Origin: a virus
Strand: one strand, 5' to 3'
DNA length: 64,000 bases
IMG/VR virus record: IMGVR_UViG_3300008255_000099
Location: 32,001-96,000 of that record
Part shown: piece by piece, positions 28,791 through 37,002 of the stretch
How positions within the stretch are numbered: position 1 is the first letter of the stretch
Layout: each line of letters starts with the position of its first letter
Translations under genes and position numbers: made by a program
Notes under the pieces: generated by a model
What the model was told of the DNA's origin: nothing
Seen by the model: only the letters and a program-made list of their open reading frames with translations
Database searches by the model: none

Positions 28791-31364
28791 TCAAAATTTA
28801 TTAGAAGTTTTAGTGATTTTTATTAATTTTTGCAAAATTTTATCAGCTTTTTTATGTTCGCCTTCTTTTTCAAATTTGACAAGGAGTTTTGCTTTATCTA
28901 TAAGGTTTCTTGTCTCAAATTTGGCATCTTCTTCATAAGGATGTTTTGAATAATATTCTGGTTCAACCATTTCTTCTTCTGGAACTTCTATTGGTTCAAC
29001 GTCCTCTCTATTTCTCCAAACACTTCCTTCAACAGCTTTAAGAAGAAGTGGATGCCAAAACTTATCTATCTCAAGTGCATACTTATGAGCATAGTAAGGA
29101 GAAAGAGAAACTCCCCATCTTGTCACAGGGTGGGGGCCTTTATCTATTTCTTTTGCATATATCAAAGCATAAAGTGAATGAAGCGAAGCAATATATCTAG
29201 TATCATCACTTGGACCTTCTATCTGTGCAATTGCAAGACTTAATCGAGGTGATTTTTCTGATTGTTGTCTTACTATCTCGAAATCGTCTTCATTAAAAAT
29301 CTTTGGGGCTTGAAAAAATAAAGCCTCTATGACAGAACCACTTGAAAATGCAATTTTTTTAAGAAGGGGAATATTTTCAGCATTAGGTACTTTCCAAAGA
29401 TAGATCCCTGCTATTTCTGCATATTTATCTTTATTTTCTTCTGGATTATCAATAATCGCTTGCATTGTTACAGGATGTGGACCCTCATCGACTTCAATTG
29501 CATATTTAATTGCTGCGTTGACATTTTTTGATGCAGCAAATCTTGTCTCGTCACTTGGTCCCTCATCAATCATATCTGCCCACTCAACCGCCCTCATTGG
29601 ATCAGTCAATGCGGCTTGCTTAATTATTTCATTTTCACCATTAAAAAAAGCGAATTCAACAGACAAAGTTGGATCTGAAAGAACAAATGGTTGGAATCGA
29701 TCTAATGGCATCTGGACTAGATTGCTTTTTTCATCTTTCACTTCTCCCTCTTCAAGTTTCTCTTGGTAACCACCCCAGCGAATCCCTTCAATAAATAAAA
29801 TATAAGGAAAGATTAAATCTAGATTTCCAGATTCTAGAATTTTATTTTTAATAAAGTCACTTTTTTCAACTTCTATTAGATAAGGAATTAAAAGATCCTC
29901 ATCTTGTGCAATAACTTGTTCTAAATCAAGGTTATCGTATGGTCTTCTAAATCTTGAAAGAACAAAAGCAGCAATAGGATCTTCTAGACATAAAGATCTA
30001 ACATATAAATATATCTCTTCTCTTTTATTGTCTGGGAAAGACCAATATTGAGCAATAAAAATATCTAAAACTAATTCCAATGGAAGTTTTTGTAAATTTT
30101 CAACTGTTGCTTCTGTCTCCGAATCTAACATTGATATATACAATGAATGTTCACTTGAAATATTTCTTTCTTCTATATCTAAAATCTCTATTAATTTATC
30201 ATAAGCTTCTCTGTCATATAAAAAATCATTTATTTTATTTCTATAAGCTGGAATTGGATATGAATTTTGTTTACCTTGAATCTGTTTTACTTTATAAAAT
30301 CCTTCTTCATCATAATCATCTTCATCATATTCTTCTGCCATTCTTTCATCGTTCTCATGCACACTCGATTCCGTTGCGACATCAAAATCATCATCACCAG
30401 TTCTTTGTTTTTGATTTGATATAAAAATTTTATAAAGTGGGAACAAAGTATGGATATTTTCTGGAGTTAAATTAATAGAGTTATAGTCTCCAAAAATATC
30501 TTTTGTTGTTTGATAATGACTATCACCTTCGGGCTTTCTTTTAATTTCTTTAAAAAAAGAATTAATAAGTTCAGCCCCATTGTTTGTAATTGATTCCGCT
30601 TTTTCTTTTTCTTTTTTAAAATCAATTGGATTATCTCTTTTCCTTGGGAATTCAAGTTCTATTGTTGCATGAGGGTTGTTATTTTCATCTCTTAAAGAAA
30701 CAATTATAATTTTTTTGTTTTCATATTCTTTAAAATACCTGCCACGACCAACACAATGCCCCATTTTGTTGCCTTCACAATCAAAATCATTTTGTTCTTT
30801 AACTAAACGAATACTCCATCCATCCCATTCTTCTGGAGCATAAAGAATAGGAGAAGGATCCCTCATTTGATAATCGGAGCCGTCATTTATCTCAAAAGAA
30901 TCATGCCATTTTTGCTGTGATTCAACAGCAGATTCCCAGGAATAACTTGCAATGTTAAATCTTGGATTCTCTTGCTTTTTGTAAAACATCCAATCAAAAA
31001 TATTATTTAACTCTTCTGAAAGTTCAAAAAGATTTTCTGGAATTCCATTCTTAAAAAATTGCTTTGTTCTTGATATAATCCATTTTTTAAAATCATCACC
31101 ATATCTTGTTCGAAATAGTTGTTTTTGCCCAGGAAATATTTTTTGGCGACTGGCTAACTCGTCATAAATATCTGAAATTTCATTTATTGAAATTTGGGGA
31201 TTTCTAAAGGCTGCATTTGCAAGAAATTTTTGTTCCTCATCTTCTTCGATAGACATTATGAAATGGGCAACTTCATCTGAAACACCCCTGTGAAGCAAAG
31301 CCTCAAGTCTTCCAGCTAGGATTATTCTTCTAAAATTTTCATTATTTAATTTGAATTTATGCAT
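28791..31364 (-). CDS. PcfJ-like domain protein with C-terminal helical repeats
   Basis: EGNKMGHCVG and SLRDENNNPHATIE motifs; repeated A..(ID)EGP...TR.AA units. Confidence 0.6.
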   Translation of the reverse strand: MHKFKLNNENFRRIILAGRLEALLHRGVSDEVAHFIMSIEEDEEQKFLANAAFRNPQISINEISDIYDELASRQKIFPGQKQLFRTRYGDDFKKWIISRTKQFFKNGIPENLFELSEELNNIFDWMFYKKQENPRFNIASYSWESAVESQQKWHDSFEINDGSDYQMRDPSPILYAPEEWDGWSIRLVKEQNDFDCEGNKMGHCVGRGRYFKEYENKKIIIVSLRDENNNPHATIELEFPRKRDNPIDFKKEKEKAESITNNGAELINSFFKEIKRKPEGDSHYQTTKDIFGDYNSINLTPENIHTLFPLYKIFISNQKQRTGDDDFDVATESSVHENDERMAEEYDEDDYDEEGFYKVKQIQGKQNSYPIPAYRNKINDFLYDREAYDKLIEILDIEERNISSEHSLYISMLDSETEATVENLQKLPLELVLDIFIAQYWSFPDNKREEIYLYVRSLCLEDPIAAFVLSRFRRPYDNLDLEQVIAQDEDLLIPYLIEVEKSDFIKNKILESGNLDLIFPYILFIEGIRWGGYQEKLEEGEVKDEKSNLVQMPLDRFQPFVLSDPTLSVEFAFFNGENEIIKQAALTDPMRAVEWADMIDEGPSDETRFAASKNVNAAIKYAIEVDEGPHPVTMQAIIDNPEENKDKYAEIAGIYLWKVPNAENIPLLKKIAFSSGSVIEALFFQAPKIFNEDDFEIVRQQSEKSPRLSLAIAQIEGPSDDTRYIASLHSLYALIYAKEIDKGPHPVTRWGVSLSPYYAHKYALEIDKFWHPLLLKAVEGSVWRNREDVEPIEVPEEEMVEPEYYSKHPYEEDAKFETRNLIDKAKLLVKFEKEGEHKKADKILQKLIKITKTSNKF

Positions 31365-31550
31365 AAAATAGCTCCTTGCATCCTAAATTCTCGTAAAAAA
31401 TCCAATTATCTTCTTTATGAAATAAAAATTATTAACTAACTCAAATCATAAATTTTCCATCTTTCTCTTTATGGAGGTGCCGTCGCAGAAGTATAATGCG
31501 ACTAACAGTTAAGCACCCCAGGCAAGGGGGACAAAAGAGAGGGACTCCAA

Positions 31551-32075
31551 ATGAAGAGAAAAGATTTATTTTGTAGCAAAATTTTTAAAACTAAAACAAA
31601 AATGGGCAAAGAAATTTTAGAAGAATTCAAAGAATTATTAGACCCAGTTATTGAAAGTTTGATGCAGGTAACACCAGACGATCAAATAGCAGCTAATTTA
31701 ATAGAAATTTTAGAAGAAATAACATTAAAGGATCAATCTTTAACAATATTAAAAATTGTAAAGAAATATATGGCTAAACACGCAGATAATTTGAAAGAAG
31801 GCGATCTTTTTTGTAATACAAAAGATCCAGATGATATATCTAATACATATTTATATAACACTTCCTATAGACTTCTTCATGCACTTGAAGAACAGGGAAT
31901 TATTGTTCTTTTGAATGATAATTTTCAAACAGAAGAAGAATTTAATGCAATCCCTGTCACAAAATTGTCAAGCCGAGACGCCAGGAATGGTATTAGAATT
32001 AACAAACAATATCGAAGACCATTTCTAAAAAATAATTTAGCAAATGAAGATCTTATAAACAATTTTTATAAATGA
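31551..32075 (+). CDS. Hypothetical protein
   Basis: ORF after TATAAT. Confidence 0.6.
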   Translation: MKRKDLFCSKIFKTKTKMGKEILEEFKELLDPVIESLMQVTPDDQIAANLIEILEEITLKDQSLTILKIVKKYMAKHADNLKEGDLFCNTKDPDDISNTYLYNTSYRLLHALEEQGIIVLLNDNFQTEEEFNAIPVTKLSSRDARNGIRINKQYRRPFLKNNLANEDLINNFYK

Positions 32076-32266
32076 TTTGAAAATAATTAGAAAAATAACC
32101 CAGAGAAAATTTTCTCTGGGTTATTTTTGCTTTGCATAATTTAATTCTACCAAAATTCCAGCCAAAGGACAGAGCTATCTATGGTATAATAGCTACCAAG
32201 AGCAAGTATTAATTATTCTCTCGGTGACAGAATCTAGATAGTGGAATTCTTCGAAAGAAAAAAATC

Positions 32267-32617
32267 ATGTTAACACCAAGTCAAGTCGAACAAAAATACC
32301 ATGAAGTAAAAAGAAAACTTGTCGAAAAAGTAAATTTGCCAGGTAAATTTCAAGAAAGCCTTGATCAACAATTAATCAACAATTTTAAAGATAGACGCAT
32401 ATTTTCGTTTACTTGGCTTTACTTCATTCCTGTCTATTTCCCAAGTCTCAACCTTTCAGAACTTCAAGAAGAAATTAGTTTTGATGAAATCATCAAAATT
32501 TTACAATTGAGCGATTATGCAAATTATTGGAAAATTTCGACAAGATATTTCAATGACACGAATGGTGCTTCAAAAAAAGTGATTGGGTTTGAACCAATTT
32601 TTGCGCCAAAAGGTTAG
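32267..32617 (+). CDS. Hypothetical protein
   Basis: ORF after TATAAT. Confidence 0.6.
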   Translation: MLTPSQVEQKYHEVKRKLVEKVNLPGKFQESLDQQLINNFKDRRIFSFTWLYFIPVYFPSLNLSELQEEISFDEIIKILQLSDYANYWKISTRYFNDTNGASKKVIGFEPIFAPKG

Positions 32618-32652
32618 AAATCAACAAAAGCTAGAAACTGTGAAGAATCCTC

Positions 32653-33132
32653 TTGGAATGGTATTGTATGGTTTTTTTAAGTAAAAAACAAAATTTACGA
32701 ACACTTGCGAGAATGTTTTATGATCTTGGGTTGAACCCAAGAACAAATTCGCAAGAATCGGTTGAAAATGTCTTAAAAATTTTAGATAATTACAATCAAT
32801 CAAAATATATAATAACAAATCCGTCTGTTTTTGAAAATTCAATCCTATTTCGTAGATCTATTATTTATCTTCAACCTTTTCAAGAGTTTAAAATTACTTT
32901 TCTATATTTTTTAGATAGAGAATTTATTCATTATTTAGCGTGGGCTAATGAAAAATACTATAAATATCTTGATGTAATCGATTTTTATCACAAAAATCTA
33001 AAAAAATTTGACAGAGAAACAAGCGGAAAAAGACTCAAAACAAACCGGCAAATAAGCCTCGCAAGAGTTCCAGAAGAACAACCAAATGAAAGAAGTTGTT
33101 CGTTTGCTAAAGAAAAAGCAAAAGGAGATTAA
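32653..33132 (+). CDS. Hypothetical protein
   Basis: ORF, TTG start. Confidence 0.5.
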   Translation: MEWYCMVFLSKKQNLRTLARMFYDLGLNPRTNSQESVENVLKILDNYNQSKYIITNPSVFENSILFRRSIIYLQPFQEFKITFLYFLDREFIHYLAWANEKYYKYLDVIDFYHKNLKKFDRETSGKRLKTNRQISLARVPEEQPNERSCSFAKEKAKGD

Positions 33133-33537
33133 ATGAATAAACTAATAAGAGATTCAAGAATGAGTCTAAATAAACATGAAGCTGAATTTATAATTATTAG
33201 AGGCAAAGAAGTTATAGTAGATTTAAATATAATACCTCTAATTAAATATCTAAATAAAGACATGAATATAGAAACTATATACTCATGTGAAGGTGACGAT
33301 GAGTATAAGGATGGACAAATTGCTACACCATATGTCCTTTTAAAATGCTTAACTTTAACTTCTTTTAAAAATCTTCTAAAAATATTTAGAGATGCAAAAA
33401 AAATAGAAACTTTAGAAGATTTAGAAGACTTATCAAATCGTTGTCATGTTAGATTAGACGACGATGATAATTTGATAGTTAATGTTAATTTTGATTCTAA
33501 AAAAGATCTATTAGAATTAATAAACACTCTTAAATAA
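33133..33537 (+). CDS. Hypothetical protein
   Basis: AGGAG RBS; ETIYSCEG motif. Confidence 0.65.
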   Translation: MNKLIRDSRMSLNKHEAEFIIIRGKEVIVDLNIIPLIKYLNKDMNIETIYSCEGDDEYKDGQIATPYVLLKCLTLTSFKNLLKIFRDAKKIETLEDLEDLSNRCHVRLDDDDNLIVNVNFDSKKDLLELINTLK

Positions 33538-33547
33538 ATAAACAAAT

Positions 33548-33964
33548 CTAAATTTCCGGCCACAACCCACGACGATGTAAATCAAGAAGAAATTCTGATG
33601 CTTTTCGTTTTGCCGAGACAATGCCCAAAGTTCTTTCTGTGGCTTTATCTAATTCGGCCATAACACGATCTGGGAAAATATGTTCATCCCTTTCTAAAAC
33701 ATCAATTCTACGCTCAATTGCCTGTTGCCTAATTGGTTCAGAATCGTTTGCTTGAATCAACTGATTTAAAATTTCTTCAAAAGAAGAATGATTTGCCATT
33801 TCGACTAAATGATTTGCTCTATCATAAGCTACACCGCTTGAAAAGAATCCCTTCTCAATCAATGGCTCAAAAAAAACCTTGAAAACTTCATTACGAATTT
33901 CAAGTAATGTCATTTTTTCGTGTTTGTTATTAAAATTTTCATCAATTGCAAGTTTAAACCACAT
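33548..33964 (-). CDS. Hypothetical protein with MWFKLA tag
   Basis: N-terminus MWFKLAI. Confidence 0.7.
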   Translation of the reverse strand: MWFKLAIDENFNNKHEKMTLLEIRNEVFKVFFEPLIEKGFFSSGVAYDRANHLVEMANHSSFEEILNQLIQANDSEPIRQQAIERRIDVLERDEHIFPDRVMAELDKATERTLGIVSAKRKASEFLLDLHRRGLWPEI

Positions 33965-34394
33965 TTTTTCTATTTTTATATCTAATTCCTAGATCTAATA
34001 AGGCTTCTATTTGATCTAAAATAAAATCTGTGGATTTAAATCGGATCAATAAATGTATTAATTTATCTAAAATCTGTATTTTTTCTAATATAACATTAGG
34101 ATCTGGGATTTGACCAATCTCAAGTTTTGTCCTAATATCATAAAATAAATCAAATATTTCAACTAATTTATTGATAAATATCTCTGATGCATTAGATATA
34201 ACTTCGTTTTTAAACAACTTAAAATTAAAAATATCTTCTATTTCTTTTAATAAAATTTTTGTTTGCTGGTTATCATTAGAATTTAAAGAGTTTACAACTT
34301 TTAATGATAACTCTTTTATTGTTTCAATAATATTAATCGCATCATCCACTAATTTAATAGCTTTTTCTGTTAAAATTTTTTCTTGATTATGCAT
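33954..34394 (-). CDS. Hypothetical helical protein
   Basis: Start at ATG 34394 after GGAGGGAG. Confidence 0.6.
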   Translation of the reverse strand: MHNQEKILTEKAIKLVDDAINIIETIKELSLKVVNSLNSNDNQQTKILLKEIEDIFNFKLFKNEVISNASEIFINKLVEIFDLFYDIRTKLEIGQIPDPNVILEKIQILDKLIHLLIRFKSTDFILDQIEALLDLGIRYKNRKNVV

Positions 34395-34601
34395 ATCTCC
34401 CTCCAAGTTTCATTTCTCTGTTTCATTTCTCTTTTGATTAATAAAAAACCTTCTGATCAACAAAAAATCTTTAAAATTTTTAAAATCATATGACTAACAT
34501 CACCACAGAGAGGTATAGTCACAAGAGCAAGCCACAACCAGCTAAGAAGGAAGAAAAAACACCAATGATAAGGGAAAGATATATAATTTGTTCAATAATA
34601 T

Positions 34602-34781
34602 AGGTCTGGCGGTGTGCCGGGGCAGCTAATCAACCACTTGACAAAGACGCCTTGGGGTGGTAGCCTAATGCTGTTGCCCCGAGGGCAACTGGCCCTCGGG
34701 GCCAAAACCACTATATCTAGTGTTGGACCAAACGACCACAACAGGTTGTGGTTTGAGTGGGAAGACGCTCTAGATGTTGGG
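34602..34781 (+). ncRNA. Candidate structured RNA (tracrRNA/scaffold-like) ahead of the array
   Basis: GC-rich; stems gccccgaggg/ccctcggggc, accacaa/ttgtggt, atatctag/ctagatgt; 34619-34634 partly complementary to the repeat; TATAAT at 34582-34587. Confidence 0.5.
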
Positions 34782-35043
34782 GTTGGCTCTCTGCCCGCAG
34801 ATCTAGATCGTGTTTGACGGACAGGATGTCTTATCAGGAGGCGTTGGCTCTCTGCCCGCAGAGCTAGATCCCGCCTAGAGGCCAGCAAGGCCACAGGCAA
34901 AAGGTTGGCTCTCTGCCCGCAGAGCTAGATCGTTCGACACGAGGTTCGGCAACATCTGCGAGCAGTTGGCTCCCTGCCCCCGCAGGGCTAGATCACCGTG
35001 GTCTCGCAGCAATTCGTCGATGTCGAGGTTGGCTACTTGCCCC
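34782..35043 (+). CRISPR. Orphan CRISPR-like mini-array: 4 full repeats, 1 truncated repeat, 4 spacers
   Basis: Repeat GTTGGCTCTCTGCCCGCAGAGCTAGATC (28 bp) at 34782, 34843, 34904, 30-bp variant at 34965, truncated at 35028; four unique 33-bp spacers. Confidence 0.85.
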
Positions 35044-35205
35044 AAACGGAGAATTAATAATAGAAAATAAATTAATCCAATTCGACGAAGAATTAGGTGT
35101 GTTTATTAATTAAATTTAATTTTTTAGAAATATACACAAAAAATGTGTAATTCCCCCACAATTTGTGAAAATTTGTTATATAATTGGTTTATGAGGTGAT
35201 GAATT

Positions 35206-35802
35206 ATGATTCAAAAATGTAAGAGATATAATTTGATGCTTGATGAAGAAGATCAAAATCTTCTAGCTGATGAATGCTCAAAAATGCAAACATCAGTTTC
35301 ATGTATGATTAGGAATTTGATTAAAGATTTTTTGAATGATTTTAAAAAGGAGGAAAAAATGGCTAATTTTAATATTGTTAGAAAAGACTTTGATTCATTA
35401 TTCGACAGAATATTTGATAATAGAATGTTTTCTTTGATAGGGGACGATGCCTTGAGTTCTTTTAATTCATTCCCTGTCGAGGTGAAAGACTGTGGGGAAT
35501 TTTTTGAAGTTTTAGCTGAGGTTCCAGGGGCAAAGAAAGAAGAGATTGATCTTTCAGTTGATAAAAATAATTTGTCAATAATTGTCAATAAATCATCTGT
35601 TGAAACAAAAGAAAATGAAAGAATCCTTTTCTCTGAACTTAGAACAAATTCAAGAATCAGCAGAACATTGCACCTCCCCCAACCCATCGACGAAAACAAA
35701 ATCCAAGCATCGTTGATTTCTGGGTTTTTAAAAATTGTTTTGCCAAAACTTGAAGAAATCCATCTGAAAAGAATAGAAATCAATGAGGTTGAGACAGAGT
35801 GA
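35206..35802 (+). CDS. Hsp20/alpha-crystallin small heat-shock protein with N-terminal RHH-like extension
   Basis: EVPGAKKEEIDLSV, SRTLHLPQPID, GFLKIVLPK; internal RBS and ATG at 35359. Confidence 0.85.
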   Translation: MIQKCKRYNLMLDEEDQNLLADECSKMQTSVSCMIRNLIKDFLNDFKKEEKMANFNIVRKDFDSLFDRIFDNRMFSLIGDDALSSFNSFPVEVKDCGEFFEVLAEVPGAKKEEIDLSVDKNNLSIIVNKSSVETKENERILFSELRTNSRISRTLHLPQPIDENKIQASLISGFLKIVLPKLEEIHLKRIEINEVETE

Positions 35803-35807
35803 CTTCG

Positions 35808-35839
35808 AAAACTCCCCGGAGATTTCTCCGGGGAGTTTT
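35808..35839. terminator. Bidirectional intrinsic terminator
   Basis: aaaactccccggag-attt-ctccggggagtttt between convergent genes. Confidence 0.85.
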
Positions 35840-35852
35840 TAATTAAATTCCC

Positions 35853-36806
35853 TCAATCTGCCATTGAAATAAGACCAATTTTTCTAGAATCACGCAAAAC
35901 CATACAAATTTCCTCACAAACAACCATAGCATATTCTTCAACCTCATTCGTTAAAGAAGTATTGCATGTCCATAATTCATTTCTGTCAATTTTGATATCA
36001 ATAAAACCTAATTGAGAAGATTTCGGCAAAACCAAAATCTTACGCTTTGGCATCAATGTGCTCTCAACAACATCGCCAAAATCTTTGAGCCTCTCACTAA
36101 ATTTAAATTCAGTATTAATTAAAAACTTGTCAACATTTCCACCATAACCCTCAATAGTTTCAGAAATTGTTTTGATAATCATATCAAGATCTTTTTCACA
36201 CGCATCCTCCCAACGATGATACTCAGGTTTTTTACCGTTTTTTGCAGCTAAATCTGTAAGAACAGAAGAATAAAGCAACACAATCACTTTCAAATCTTCT
36301 TGCTCATTCAAGCGATTGTTAGCCCTAAACCTTGCTAACTGTGAATAACAAAAACCATAATCTTTCTTCCAACGAGGATTCGTGGCTAAATGAAAATAAA
36401 CAGGTTCAAAAGATTTGTCCGAAGTTGGCCAAAATTTTGGCACGTTAGATGAAGAACAATATTGATAACTTGAAATAAAATCTTCCTCAATTAAACTCTT
36501 AAGATCTGTTTTTGTTGGAGATTTAAATTGAATTCTTTCAGTTTGATTTAAAAGAAGCCCATCCTCATAAACATCAAAAATCTTTCTTGCTAAATTTGGT
36601 GTTTGATCTTGAACTTTCTTTGCTTCTTTATCAGTTAATAAAAAACATCTAATTGAATTGCGAATCAATTGGCTAACTGGCACATCAAATTTTTCAGAAG
36701 ACTTTTTTAAATCATTAAGATAATTTTGCTCAATTCTAAAATTATATTGAACAAGCTCATCATCCTCAATCGCCTCAAAACCTTCAACATTTTCAGCTTC
36801 CGACAT
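35853..36806 (-). CDS. RHH domain fused to a degenerate major capsid protein paralog
   Basis: N-terminal VQYNFRIEQNYLNDLKKSSEKFDVPVSQLIRNSI; colinear motif matches to the 38151 MCP. Confidence 0.6.
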   Translation of the reverse strand: MSEAENVEGFEAIEDDELVQYNFRIEQNYLNDLKKSSEKFDVPVSQLIRNSIRCFLLTDKEAKKVQDQTPNLARKIFDVYEDGLLLNQTERIQFKSPTKTDLKSLIEEDFISSYQYCSSSNVPKFWPTSDKSFEPVYFHLATNPRWKKDYGFCYSQLARFRANNRLNEQEDLKVIVLLYSSVLTDLAAKNGKKPEYHRWEDACEKDLDMIIKTISETIEGYGGNVDKFLINTEFKFSERLKDFGDVVESTLMPKRKILVLPKSSQLGFIDIKIDRNELWTCNTSLTNEVEEYAMVVCEEICMVLRDSRKIGLISMAD

Positions 36807-36852
36807 GATTAATCACCTCTTTCTTAAATCCAAACATAGATGAACACAAAGA

Positions 36853-36928
36853 TATAACCAGAGCTATAACCAAAGCTATAACTAAAACTATAACCAGAGC
36901 TATAACCAAAGCTATAACTAAATCTATA
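36853..36928. repeat. Six 12-bp direct repeats (two 36-bp units)
   Basis: tataaccagagc tataaccaaagc tataactaaaac tataaccagagc tataaccaaagc tataactaaatc. Confidence 0.9.
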
Positions 36929-36958
36929 CAAGTGAATTATACACCAATTGCAAAAAAC

Positions 36959-36997
36959 AAACAAAACCCACAAGGAAATTCCTTGTGGGTTTTGTTT
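36959..36997. terminator. Intrinsic terminator
   Basis: aaacaaaacccacaagg/ccttgtgggttttgttt. Confidence 0.8.
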
Positions 36998-37002
36998 TTC
37001 AA

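Noticed and set aside
34592-34900. ORFs 34614-34817 (+) and 34592-34900 (-)
   Set aside because: No RBS, they run through array repeats and have atypical composition; probably by-products of high GC
34782-35043. TIGR-type dual-repeat array or simple tandem repeat
   Set aside because: One repeat type with unique 33-bp spacers; no alternating edge/loop repeats with short spacers
33133-36806. cas genes flanking the array
   Set aside because: No Cas1/2/3/5/6/7, RuvC or HNH motifs recognisable in neighbouring ORFs; a remote-homology search is still needed
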